Below are positions 10,549 through 20,009 of a DNA stretch of 64,000 nucleotides, one piece after another. A program made the translations under genes and the position numbers. Numbering within the stretch: the first letter of the stretch is position 1; each line of letters begins with the position of its first letter. The notes under the pieces were generated by a model, which was given only the letters and a program-made list of their open reading frames with translations, did no database searches and was not told the origin of the DNA. The stretch comes from a virus. Lineage: Duplodnaviria; Caudoviricetes. Location of the stretch: the IMG/VR virus record IMGVR_UViG_3300031951_000008. One strand, written 5' to 3'.

Positions 10549-11448
10549 ATGACCAAACCCAGCAAGCCGAGCAAGTATGAGTGGTCTATCGATAAGCCTA
10601 TCGTTTATCACTATGACGAGTCTTTCGCCACGGATGGTAAGTCAATTTTGGCTTACGATCCGGCGAATGACATGTCTGCTTATAAAAAAGAGACTAAATT
10701 CATAAGAACCAATGATGACTCTATCTCGGCAATGTTCTCTGAGCTACGGAATGTAAAAGTCCTAACCAAACAGGCTATGTTCAAGATGTTTAAGAGATAT
10801 AATTATCTTAAGCACTTGGCCGAGCAACAACGACAGGCATTCCAAGCTACTACCTTGGCTCAATTCGATTTCGAAGCTTTTCAAAAATACAATCACTACC
10901 AGCAAGAATGCCATCAAGTAAAAAACTTATTGCTTGAATCTAACCTAAAGCTGGTACTTCATGTTCTTAAGAATCTCTCCTACAGAGGCAATCTCACACT
11001 TAATGAATTATATAGTTTAGGTGTTGAAAGACTTTTTATAGTAATAGAAGGGTTTAATCCTTTTTACAATTTTGCCTTTTCTACGTATGCTTTCCACGCT
11101 TTACGCAGACACTTTTATACACAAATTAAGAGGAACAAAGACAAAGTCTTGTTTGAAGACAGCAAGGCACTTGATACAGCCAAATCATATGACACCCATC
11201 AAAATGAATTTGACAAGCAAAAGATTATACACACTGTACTGCAAACCGTCGAGTGCCTAGATGAACGAGACAAGTTCATAATCCAAAATAGATTTTTTGA
11301 GCAAAAAACATTGAAAGAGCTTGGAGAACGATTAGGCATTACGAAGGAAAGAGTCAGACAAATCGAGATCAGGTCTTTACGTATTCTTAGAGAAACATTG
11401 TTAGCTCGTAACTTCGACACTAATTTATTGGGACTCATTGATGAATAG
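10549..11448 (+). CDS. Phage-encoded sigma-70 family RNA polymerase sigma factor
   Basis: Region 2 'ESNLKLVLHV...FNPFYNFAFSTYA'; region 4 HTH 'LDERDKFIIQNRF..KTLKELGERLGITKERVRQIE'; AAGGAG RBS. Confidence 0.9.
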   Translation: MTKPSKPSKYEWSIDKPIVYHYDESFATDGKSILAYDPANDMSAYKKETKFIRTNDDSISAMFSELRNVKVLTKQAMFKMFKRYNYLKHLAEQQRQAFQATTLAQFDFEAFQKYNHYQQECHQVKNLLLESNLKLVLHVLKNLSYRGNLTLNELYSLGVERLFIVIEGFNPFYNFAFSTYAFHALRRHFYTQIKRNKDKVLFEDSKALDTAKSYDTHQNEFDKQKIIHTVLQTVECLDERDKFIIQNRFFEQKTLKELGERLGITKERVRQIEIRSLRILRETLLARNFDTNLLGLIDE

Positions 11449-11821
11449 CTTTATAATTAGCCTAATATTCTTGACAACTGCTCTAGCACAAGACATACCA
11501 AGGCTAGATGGTGAACTACAACCTGTGTTCTTAGTCATCTGTGATAGTTCACCTAGTAAGATAATTGTACTAGACGACACAGGCAAATGGCTACATAGAG
11601 TAAGAGATACTGAGATAAAGATCGATGGCAGCACACCTATCATTAAGTGTACGCTTTATGAAGGCCATTATCGGCCTACGAGTCCTGAAATTAAGGTATG
11701 GCGGCTAAATCAAATCAAAACAGTATCCGAAACAGAATTCCAAAACATGATTAATAAATTACAGTCTGATCCTGAGGCAGTCAAAAAGATCTTGATGCAA
11801 CCAGTTCCTGCTGCCAATTAA
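11438..11821 (+). CDS. Hypothetical protein with signal-peptide-like N-terminus
   Basis: MNSFIISLIFLTTALA. Confidence 0.65.
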   Translation: MMNSFIISLIFLTTALAQDIPRLDGELQPVFLVICDSSPSKIIVLDDTGKWLHRVRDTEIKIDGSTPIIKCTLYEGHYRPTSPEIKVWRLNQIKTVSETEFQNMINKLQSDPEAVKKILMQPVPAAN

Positions 11822-11915
11822 TAATTCAATTCCTACCCCCTGTTCTGACCTATAAAAATAAGATAGAGCTATAACATAGTTCTAACCAAGAGAAATGGGG
11901 GTGATTTATCTCCTT

Positions 11916-11943
11916 CGACCCTGGCCCTTACAGGCCAGGGTCG
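11916..11943. terminator. GC-rich 11-bp hairpin (possible terminator or processing site)
   Basis: CGACCCTGGCC-cttaca-GGCCAGGGTCG, intergenic; no clear U tract. Confidence 0.5.
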
Positions 11944-11961
11944 TTGTGTATATAACATATC

Positions 11962-12975
11962 ATGAATTTAGAGATAATAAAACAGCAACTAAATGTAGTC
12001 CAGATGCAATTAAATATGCTTGCATCTATGCTTGACAATTACCAGTCCGGCACAGATACGGGTCAGGAGGAACCCACCTTCTGGCAACCAAAAGAGCTTG
12101 ATAAGCCTACTAATGCCGAAGCTCTAAAAAAGATAGTATCTGAACACAGACTACCCAAGAACGCTAGGAGCCTTAACACAGATGCTATTGGAAGTATTCC
12201 AGATTTTAATAATAAAGATTGGCCAGAAGCGGTAGCAAACTATCTAATTATCAATGACCATGAAAAAGGCAAGAAAAACCACAGAGGTCGGCAAATTATT
12301 GGACTTGTCAAGCCTCCAGTCGAGAGCAACATATTAGATTATGGCTGTGGAGAAGGTTACACCACACAACATATAACACAACTAGGCGGTTACGCAGTCG
12401 GCTATGATTTATTGAGACACAAACAGTGGTCATCTTTCACTGAAAATCGAGAAAACCTCACATTTACTACAGATAAGAAAGATCTAGAACAGATCGTTGA
12501 ACGCCGTGGGTATTTCGATTTTATAATAGTTTATGATGTGCTAGACCATATCGTCGGCAGTGATCCTATTGATGAATTGTTATTTATGCAAAAAATACTG
12601 GCCCCTAATGGCTACATTTTTATAAGAACACACCCTTGGACTTCAAGAACTGGTGGTCACTATTATGAGTCTGTCAATAAGGCATTTCTACATCTGGCCA
12701 TTACTGCTGACGAGGCTAAGCAATTAGGCATCAAGCAAGAACCTAATTTGAAGATAAACAAACCTCTAGCCACGTATGAGTCCATGTTTGCAAAGGCTGG
12801 ATATAAGATCTTGGAAAAGACCGTTGATACTGCACCTGTTGAGCGGTTTTTCATTGATAATGAAGATCTGATGCGTCGAATTATCGATCTAACCTGGTCT
12901 GGCAATATCGACACCGATAAAGCTTTAAAGATTATGTCAACTAACAGTATTGACTTTCTAATAACGAAAGCCTAG
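11962..12975 (+). CDS. Class I SAM-dependent methyltransferase
   Basis: Motif I 'ILDYGCGEG'; 'FDFIIVYDVLDH'; 'LAPNGYIFI'. Confidence 0.85.
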   Translation: MNLEIIKQQLNVVQMQLNMLASMLDNYQSGTDTGQEEPTFWQPKELDKPTNAEALKKIVSEHRLPKNARSLNTDAIGSIPDFNNKDWPEAVANYLIINDHEKGKKNHRGRQIIGLVKPPVESNILDYGCGEGYTTQHITQLGGYAVGYDLLRHKQWSSFTENRENLTFTTDKKDLEQIVERRGYFDFIIVYDVLDHIVGSDPIDELLFMQKILAPNGYIFIRTHPWTSRTGGHYYESVNKAFLHLAITADEAKQLGIKQEPNLKINKPLATYESMFAKAGYKILEKTVDTAPVERFFIDNEDLMRRIIDLTWSGNIDTDKALKIMSTNSIDFLITKA

Positions 12976-13262
12976 CAGTCCCAAGCAGACAAAGATTTGC
13001 ATATATCCTTATCAGGAGTTTTACTGCAATCTATATTATGCATTTCTTTTTGACCGCCCATCCTACTGCAAAAGGACTTTCTCCTCGCCGCTTTCTTCTT
13101 AGACTTCTTAGCAGCTTCTTTGCTTACTGGTGGCTTGAGATTAGCACCCTCTGTCCTCTTGAAGTAAGCACGCCCAGCGTCGTTTAATCCACCTTTTGGG
13201 CTTTGGTACTTTTTCGCAACGCCTTCGACAAGTTGGGCATAGGCTTCTGTGTACGCTTTCAT
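12972..13262 (-). CDS. Conserved basic phage protein (DUF6321-like)
   Basis: 'KGGLNDAGRAYF...NLKPP...RRKSFCSRM...KSL.AW.C'. Confidence 0.7.
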   Translation of the reverse strand: MKAYTEAYAQLVEGVAKKYQSPKGGLNDAGRAYFKRTEGANLKPPVSKEAAKKSKKKAARRKSFCSRMGGQKEMHNIDCSKTPDKDICKSLSAWDC

Positions 13263-13308
13263 ATTATTCCTCTTCGTTATACGTAAGTTTGATTAGCAAA
13301 TATATCTT

Positions 13309-14163
13309 ATGGCCAAACTTGAATTAATACTGCCCAATAAGTTGAACACAAAAGACATGTGCTGCTGCATAGACAGCAATATCACAGAGCAAAGGATCTT
13401 TCTTAATTCACAACATACTGGTGCGGGATACAAAGCCTCACAAGTTATTACTCTAAACAATGAAAGTTATAATCTCGATATAACCATAAACCGCCTAGGT
13501 GATATGCTTGGCGGCAGTGCTAAAATAACGAAGGTGTTCCATAATAAGGTTATCGATAATGTTTTAGAACCCCAACTATCTGGCTACCCACAGCTACCAT
13601 TCGCTAACTTATGGACTGGCCTGAAGGCATATGGTATTGGAGATTTCCTATCATTAGCATTGTCAGATGAAGCCTCAACAATACCAACTACAGGTCCGAT
13701 TAATTCTTCGGTAACAGTTACACTAAGTGCTGACATAGCGAGGTTAAGTACTAATGTTGTGGAAGACTCAGTGACGACTACTTTTAGTCTAACCGGTTCA
13801 GACGCGACTGGTTGGACAAGCTCTGAAGGAGGGACCGTCACAGCTAAAATTGTTCAATCAGCCGGAGTACTATTATACCCAATTAATATATCAAATTTAA
13901 ATGTAATACCAACGCCAGGATCGATAACTTGTAGTGGTAATTTGAAGATACAACCTGGGGTAGGTCGCAGTGCAATTAGCGGCACTTTTAACACTCCCCC
14001 ACTGCTTAGTGATTATAATAGCAAATTTCCATGGAATAATCAAATAGCCTTAGTAGATTCAGCAATATTAGGAAATGGTATTTTCCCATATGATGCCTTC
14101 ACATTGGGATTACCAGATGATTATAGAATGATTATTTTTATAACTGTTTCCGGCGTGCAGTAG
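13309..14163 (+). CDS. Hypothetical, probable virion protein (284 aa)
   Basis: Beta-rich S/T/G composition; N-terminal CCC. Confidence 0.6.
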   Translation: MAKLELILPNKLNTKDMCCCIDSNITEQRIFLNSQHTGAGYKASQVITLNNESYNLDITINRLGDMLGGSAKITKVFHNKVIDNVLEPQLSGYPQLPFANLWTGLKAYGIGDFLSLALSDEASTIPTTGPINSSVTVTLSADIARLSTNVVEDSVTTTFSLTGSDATGWTSSEGGTVTAKIVQSAGVLLYPINISNLNVIPTPGSITCSGNLKIQPGVGRSAISGTFNTPPLLSDYNSKFPWNNQIALVDSAILGNGIFPYDAFTLGLPDDYRMIIFITVSGVQ

Positions 14164-14365
14164 TTTTAGATAGATTTTTATCAAATTGCACCTGAAGGAC
14201 ACGTTGTCGCATTCTTTGCTTGTTCCGAGGATGTTTTTCGTCACCCTGCTCAGCATGAAGGGTATCGTTGAGGTCGGTAGCACCGTATTGGCTGCCTATA
14301 TTCTTACGACTCATATTGGTCGTAGTTTCTTTATATTGTATTTCGCTAATGACTTTAAGCCTCAT
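14138..14365 (-). CDS. Small basic hypothetical protein
   Basis: MRLKVISE N-terminus; GAGG RBS. Confidence 0.6.
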   Translation of the reverse strand: MRLKVISEIQYKETTTNMSRKNIGSQYGATDLNDTLHAEQGDEKHPRNKQRMRQRVLQVQFDKNLSKTTARRKQL

Positions 14366-14450
14366 AAAAATATGTTTGATAGGAGAAATTATAATAAGTA
14401 GGTTTACGTATTGAGGTTAAAATAAGGTATATCACGATGGAGGATATGAG

Positions 14451-14774
14451 ATGAAAAAGATGATATTAATGCCAAGAATCCTTGGCTACCACCCCGAAAT
14501 TGCGATCCGCAACAGTAGTGGAACGGTCTCTATAATAAAGATGGATCTACCTGATTTCAAAACACACGAAGACATCCTAAGAACATTAGCACAGACGTAT
14601 GCCGTTCAAAAGGCATCTGAGTTAGTCGAAGTCCTAAAGAGCAAGATTAAAATAAATAAGTATGCAGCAGGTACGGTCAATGATGATACCGATGCTATAA
14701 TCATCAATGGTGTTGTCGACACCCATAGCTATAACGACACACAAGTAATATCAGCTGACCAAATAATAGCGTGA
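14451..14774 (+). CDS. Hypothetical protein (107 aa)
   Basis: GGAGG RBS. Confidence 0.7.
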   Translation: MKKMILMPRILGYHPEIAIRNSSGTVSIIKMDLPDFKTHEDILRTLAQTYAVQKASELVEVLKSKIKINKYAAGTVNDDTDAIIINGVVDTHSYNDTQVISADQIIA

Positions 14775-14869
14775 TCAAAAGAAGATATTAAACGATCACT
14801 TCTCCAGGCTGAGTAGCTACTGTAATAACCCTGTAGTTTCGAATAAAGCGGAAGTCAAAGGAGAAGCTC

Positions 14870-16036
14870 GTGAAAATAGCAATATATAGTAATCCCCCTT
14901 ATTCTACATCTGGTTACGGCCAACAAACGTTTCTAACAGCTCGTAAATTCATTGAGGACGGGCACGATGTGGTTGTAACACCTAATTGCGGGGCGTTAAC
15001 TAATATCAGCTTTGAAGGTATCAACGTCTTACCAGAAGGCGTGGCTAGCTTCTCGTTTGATGCAGCACCTGAAGATATCCTCCATCATATACAGCAAGAC
15101 GGTTATGCGATTATCTTAATGGATATGTGGCCACTTAATAATTGTAATGGCTTTGATCAATTTAGAAGTATATGCTGGACACCAGTCGACCACGACCCTT
15201 GTCCACCCCCAGTAGTGGAGTATCTAAAAAGGCCCAATAAGCTCCCAGTAGCGATGACTCAATTTGGGCAAGAACTATTGCATAAGGCCGGTTTCAAAGA
15301 TGTTAATTATATCCCGCTCTCTGTCGATACGCGGTTGTTCAGAGACTTAGGTATGGGCGAAAGAACCAAACTTAATGTGCCACAAGATGCATACTTAGTT
15401 GTCACAAACGCCGCGAATAGGGGGCATAGTCCAATACGAAAGGGTTTCGGTGAAATGGCGGACGTTATGAAAAGATTTATGGACGATCGGCCCGATGTCT
15501 ATTGGTTTATACATACGGAGTACAGGGGATATCAAAATGGTGTTAATTTACCGAGACTGCTGACGGCAGCCGGTGTTGACACCAGTAGAGTTATGTATCC
15601 GGAACCTCGTTTATATCGGCTTGGTATGCCGCCAGAATATTTGGCAGCGATGTATTCTTCTGCCAACTGCATCTTAGCATTATCGATGGGAGAGGGCTTT
15701 GGTATACCATCTAGTATTGAGGCACCGGCCTGCGGCTGTCCTGCTGTCGTAACTAACTTTACATGCCAGCCAGAATTTATTACACCATACGGTAAGCTAG
15801 TTAAAGCTCAAAGATTTTGGGATGAGCCTCAACAGTCATGGTTTGGCGTTGCCAATATTGAGCATGGCTATCAATGCATGCAAGAACTGTATGAGGAGAC
15901 AAAAGCCGGTCAAGTTGAACGCGGTATAATTTCTAGCAGTGTGCAAAAGTTTGATACGAATTTTGTCTATCAGAATTACTGGAAATCTCTGCTGAATAGT
16001 CTGGAGGCACATGATAAGAATGCCCGCCAATTATAA
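14870..16036 (+). CDS. Glycosyltransferase, GT-B fold (family 4-like)
   Basis: 'SNPPYSTSGYGQQT'; 'ALSMGEGFGIP..EAPACGCPAVVT'; GTG start with AAGGAG RBS. Confidence 0.85.
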   Translation: MKIAIYSNPPYSTSGYGQQTFLTARKFIEDGHDVVVTPNCGALTNISFEGINVLPEGVASFSFDAAPEDILHHIQQDGYAIILMDMWPLNNCNGFDQFRSICWTPVDHDPCPPPVVEYLKRPNKLPVAMTQFGQELLHKAGFKDVNYIPLSVDTRLFRDLGMGERTKLNVPQDAYLVVTNAANRGHSPIRKGFGEMADVMKRFMDDRPDVYWFIHTEYRGYQNGVNLPRLLTAAGVDTSRVMYPEPRLYRLGMPPEYLAAMYSSANCILALSMGEGFGIPSSIEAPACGCPAVVTNFTCQPEFITPYGKLVKAQRFWDEPQQSWFGVANIEHGYQCMQELYEETKAGQVERGIISSSVQKFDTNFVYQNYWKSLLNSLEAHDKNARQL

Positions 16037-16270
16037 GCCATCAACGGTCCAAGCCTTTAGTAGTTGATCCTTGTCTCGACCATCGAAATTAATAAACACG
16101 GGCTCACCTTCGCTCGTTCTTATTACTATCCAATCTCGGCCTTCGGCTTCGATCGTACTGCCATAAAGATCGTACCTCCGCCCTGCAAAACCATTACAGT
16201 AAGAATTGGCTATCTCTCTGCCTATGTTACTCATATTTTCTATACTATTCATCGTCATCTTGTTGTTCAT
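16031..16270 (-). CDS. Hypothetical protein
   Basis: Overlapping chain of minus-strand ORFs. Confidence 0.6.
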   Translation of the reverse strand: MNNKMTMNSIENMSNIGREIANSYCNGFAGRRYDLYGSTIEAEGRDWIVIRTSEGEPVFINFDGRDKDQLLKAWTVDGL

Positions 16271-16460
16271 CCCACTTGCTGGCCAGATGCCTTATTGTAT
16301 CTTCGTGAAACTTATCAAGCTTTGTAATCACCGCATAAACGTATCCAAGCACGAATAAGGCTCTAAGTAACACAAAAATGGCTAGGATGACAGTAATATA
16401 TCGTAAACCTGTCATCAAATCCTGCGGATAATGCTGGCTAAGAGTAATGTATGGTGTCAT
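16245..16460 (-). CDS. Small membrane protein
   Basis: Hydrophobic segment YITVILAIFVLLRALFVLGYVYAVI; acidic tail. Confidence 0.6.
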   Translation of the reverse strand: MTPYITLSQHYPQDLMTGLRYITVILAIFVLLRALFVLGYVYAVITKLDKFHEDTIRHLASKWDEQQDDDE

Positions 16461-16770
16461 CTGTGGTCCTCATTTTTGTTAAAAGTACCTGAAATGTGCG
16501 TAGCAACAATTTGAGTGAATAATAGTCTAATATATCAAAGTCATACCGCTTGCCACGGTATATCAAAGACAAAGAATATTCGCGGACATTGGTGTATACT
16601 ACTGAAAGATGGTTAGCAATTCCCTTGCTTTCAATAGTCACCTGCTGAGACCCTCCGTACTTCCTATGATAAACGCCAAAGTATCTATGTACGGCATGGC
16701 TTTGTAAATCGTTTAGGACAGAATCTACAGCTAATTGAAGATCAATCATAGGCCTACTTAAGCACTCCAC
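16438..16770 (-). CDS. Hypothetical protein
   Basis: Overlapping chain of minus-strand ORFs. Confidence 0.6.
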   Translation of the reverse strand: MECLSRPMIDLQLAVDSVLNDLQSHAVHRYFGVYHRKYGGSQQVTIESKGIANHLSVVYTNVREYSLSLIYRGKRYDFDILDYYSLKLLLRTFQVLLTKMRTTDDTIHYS

Positions 16771-17315
16771 GTTTTAGTGCTATAAACCACCGCGATCTTG
16801 GCTTGTATAGTACTTTCCTTAATGACTTCTAGGGTATGTTGGCATTTGCCGTCCCATATCGCCAACACCATGTCGGACATCCTTACAGCACGCTTATTCC
16901 TGTGTAACCTAGCCGACATCTTAAATGCTGGATCTACCTTCTCTACCAAGACCGGAACATCTAGCAACGAAAGCAGTTGGTAGCAGTTTTTATGCTTTTC
17001 TTTGTCCTCAACAAAGAGCTTGATAGCTTCGCAGACTCCCTTCTCATCATCGATGATAACAGATGTATATTGAAGGCCTAAACTCTTCAGGTAATTTAGT
17101 GCTCCCTGTATACTGATATAAGCTTCTTCAGCTTTTATTTGTGAAGTTCCGCAAATTAGCAATTGCATTGGTCGCTCCGCATAATTAAATGTTTTAGATT
17201 GTCCTTCCGTCTTTTGGCTGCCCTTGTGGTGCTTAGGAATATAAGGGCAATTGAGGCAGCCTAGGCCACAACACTTGCCCATCTTGAGTAATTCTAGCTT
17301 TGTTAGAGGTTTCAA
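16758..17315 (-). CDS. DUF5522-like Cys motif fused to a degenerate SLOG/DUF2493-like domain
   Basis: 'LLKMGKCCGLGCLNCPY'; 'RNKRAVRMSDMVLAIWDGK'. Confidence 0.55.
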   Translation of the reverse strand: MKPLTKLELLKMGKCCGLGCLNCPYIPKHHKGSQKTEGQSKTFNYAERPMQLLICGTSQIKAEEAYISIQGALNYLKSLGLQYTSVIIDDEKGVCEAIKLFVEDKEKHKNCYQLLSLLDVPVLVEKVDPAFKMSARLHRNKRAVRMSDMVLAIWDGKCQHTLEVIKESTIQAKIAVVYSTKTWSA

Positions 17316-17932
17316 GATCTAGGATAATATCTAGGCTTGCCATTTTCCAAGACTACCCTATTATTAGCCATCATAGGTCTTAGCCTAACAGCTCCATAGT
17401 ATGAAAAGCCGTCCTGTGGTAATTCATCAAATTCATCTGTTAGAGAATTATCTGGGTTTATCTTGTAATATTTTATGGGAGTTTTCACGGTCTGTATATC
17501 ACCACGCAGTGGAGAATAAACAGCACAATCACCGAAATTTATAGATTTAGCGAATTGTGCTATCGGTCCATTACAAGCCGATTGTGTAATATTGACCCCA
17601 GCTCTCGCCAAACATCTCTGTGACGCAGGATTAAGCACCGTTAATTCAAAGTTAGACAGATCTGTAATCTCACTCAGATTATAAAATATTCGATAATTAT
17701 AGCCATAACTTTTGATAACATCGAGGCCAGCTTTAGCTACAACCGGGTTAATTGTGCCTGGAAAACTTCCTAAGTAAAGCATACCCGGCAAGCTAGCAAA
17801 GAAATCGAAGTAGTACTTCATTCTAGCCGATAAGGTAGACGGATTATCGAAGAATAAAAATTTCATTAAGATTATATCTTCTATTACTTCATAATGTATC
17901 CTGTTATTTGCATCGAAAGTATAGACTGGCAT
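17312..17932 (-). CDS. Hypothetical protein (206 aa)
   Basis: ORF directly downstream of the paralog trio. Confidence 0.7.
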   Translation of the reverse strand: MPVYTFDANNRIHYEVIEDIILMKFLFFDNPSTLSARMKYYFDFFASLPGMLYLGSFPGTINPVVAKAGLDVIKSYGYNYRIFYNLSEITDLSNFELTVLNPASQRCLARAGVNITQSACNGPIAQFAKSINFGDCAVYSPLRGDIQTVKTPIKYYKINPDNSLTDEFDELPQDGFSYYGAVRLRPMMANNRVVLENGKPRYYPRS

Positions 17933-17937
17933 AATTA

Positions 17938-19170
17938 CTAGTCCACCGCTTCTATGTTAAAGGAGTCTATTACCGCATTACCATCACTAACATTTACTAC
18001 ATTTACAGACGCAGGCGATAGCTTATTAGCACCATAGCAGGTAAAGCTAACCCACTGATTGTTTTTAACTGTGAATGTAGTACCCGATCCGGATGCTATT
18101 TGTATCCAAGGAGAAGTAGGAGGAGCATCGGTCTGCGTGCCTGTAATTTCCGTATCAGTGACTCTGTACCATAACGTTACATCATCTGGTGTGGTGACGG
18201 GTTCTGTGAGATTTAACTGTATCGAGTTTTTAATACCGGTTATTTGCTTGCTGCTTATAGTACCGTACAAAGAGGCTGTAAACCAGCTTATATCATCCCA
18301 GTTAACGGCATTAGGTGTAACATCGAATGGAGACTCGTAAAAGTGCAATACGCATTGTGCTCTGCTTACACCTTTACCAGCGTTGCTTTGCTTATCAGTA
18401 AAACCTATTAGGCTTAGGCATGCATCGTCGATAATCTCTGGGATGCCACCCATAAAGCCTCCGTCAATGAAATTGTTAAAATATATGCAGGTGTCCGTGA
18501 ATGATACTATTCCTAACGGCTTGAAAAGACATACCCCAAAAGTGCCAGATGTCGCTGTTATAGAAGACGTGACACTTTCTACGCTTCTTACGCCCGTATC
18601 GCCGCTTTGCAATGAAATAATACCAAATGTCCCGATAGCACGTGCATTACCTGCTGGCATTGTTGTTGCAACTGCTGTTCTACCGCTAGTGCCACTCTGA
18701 TTGGTATATGACATGGTCACTGTACCACCAGTGAATCCAGCGTTTAGTGCGCCGTATGTTGTTATGCCTATCATAACCCCGGAGCCATCCGTATATCTTG
18801 TTAACGCCGCTGTAGGTAGATTAGTCGTTTGCGTAGTGGTGAGTGTATAAGAAAGGCCGCCCTGATGACTTAGTCTATCGACTAGCAAAAAGCTTCTATA
18901 CCATATTGTATTATAATTTTCTAGAGTACTGCCGATAAAGTATAATTTGTTACTGCCAGCACTATTGGCAATATCGACATTTAAGGCCCCTGCTGTACTT
19001 CTGCTGCATGCGGTAGCAGTAGTAGGTGCGCTAACAGTTGTAGACAAGTTATACATCCATAAATCATCCATAAATCCAGCATTGACATTGGTGCTATCAA
19101 GTGCCGAAGTGTTAATCTCCAGGCTATTGCAATTGCGTAGTGCGTATCGAAGATCTATAAGATTGTTCAT
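17938..19170 (-). CDS. Virion-type protein, paralog 3 of 3, with C-terminal extension
   Basis: 'LVDRLSHQGGL..T.TT.QTTNLPTAALTRYTDG.GVM'. Confidence 0.75.
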   Translation of the reverse strand: MNNLIDLRYALRNCNSLEINTSALDSTNVNAGFMDDLWMYNLSTTVSAPTTATACSRSTAGALNVDIANSAGSNKLYFIGSTLENYNTIWYRSFLLVDRLSHQGGLSYTLTTTQTTNLPTAALTRYTDGSGVMIGITTYGALNAGFTGGTVTMSYTNQSGTSGRTAVATTMPAGNARAIGTFGIISLQSGDTGVRSVESVTSSITATSGTFGVCLFKPLGIVSFTDTCIYFNNFIDGGFMGGIPEIIDDACLSLIGFTDKQSNAGKGVSRAQCVLHFYESPFDVTPNAVNWDDISWFTASLYGTISSKQITGIKNSIQLNLTEPVTTPDDVTLWYRVTDTEITGTQTDAPPTSPWIQIASGSGTTFTVKNNQWVSFTCYGANKLSPASVNVVNVSDGNAVIDSFNIEAVD

Positions 19171-20009
19171 GATATCTCATAGAAGAAATTGCCATGTACT
19201 CTGCCGGAAGCTCCTAAACCAGCCCTTGGGCCGTTAATTGCAATAATTGACAAGCATGCATTGTCATTTATATCAGGTATTCCTCCTAATAAGCCGCCTG
19301 TTATAAAGTCTTTTTGATATATATTAGCTCTCTCTATCATGTTTTTGCCGATCATACAAAGAGGTCTAAAAAGCGTTATTCCTAGATTACCTGCTCCTGA
19401 CTGCGTCGTAGTAGTAGTAAAGCTTTCTACGCTTCTTACGCCTCTATCGCCGTTTTGTAGAGGTAATAGCATAAAAACGCCTTGATTAGGCCAATCGTAT
19501 GGATAATTTTGCAAAGGTGATGTGCGACCGCTAGTGCCGTCTTGGTTAGTATACGAAACTGTGATTGAAAAACCTACGCCAACGCTGCTTATTGTTGACG
19601 CATAAATCGACAAACCCATCATTACACCAACTCCGTCAGTATATCTAGTGAGTGCAGCTGTAGGCAGATTGGTAGTCTGCGGAGAAGTAGTGTTGCCGAC
19701 TAGTCCGCCCTGATGCGATAAGCGATCAACAAGAATATAACATGGCATGTCGATTAGCGTCGACTGATTAACCTGAGTAATATAAACTGATGATGGCGAG
19801 AAATTGGGTAGGATAGAATTTAGACTACCGGTAGTTGTCTTGCTGCAAGCAGTCGCAGTAGAAGGCGCAGAAGATGCTGGTACCGTAGACAATGTAAATT
19901 GGTCCAAATATCTGCCGAATCCCATATAAAAATTCTCGACCATAAAGTCGAAAGATTGTTCCGCATTTTTTATACTGTCTCTGTAAGAAGAGAAATCTGG
20001 TATAGCCAT
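19167..20009 (-). CDS. Virion-type protein, paralog 2 of 3 (start re-assigned to ATG at 20009, MAIPDF)
   Basis: Same motif as paralog 3; TAATG coupling to the upstream gene and ATGA coupling to the downstream gene. Confidence 0.75.
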   Translation of the reverse strand: MAIPDFSSYRDSIKNAEQSFDFMVENFYMGFGRYLDQFTLSTVPASSAPSTATACSKTTTGSLNSILPNFSPSSVYITQVNQSTLIDMPCYILVDRLSHQGGLVGNTTSPQTTNLPTAALTRYTDGVGVMMGLSIYASTISSVGVGFSITVSYTNQDGTSGRTSPLQNYPYDWPNQGVFMLLPLQNGDRGVRSVESFTTTTTQSGAGNLGITLFRPLCMIGKNMIERANIYQKDFITGGLLGGIPDINDNACLSIIAINGPRAGLGASGRVHGNFFYEIS

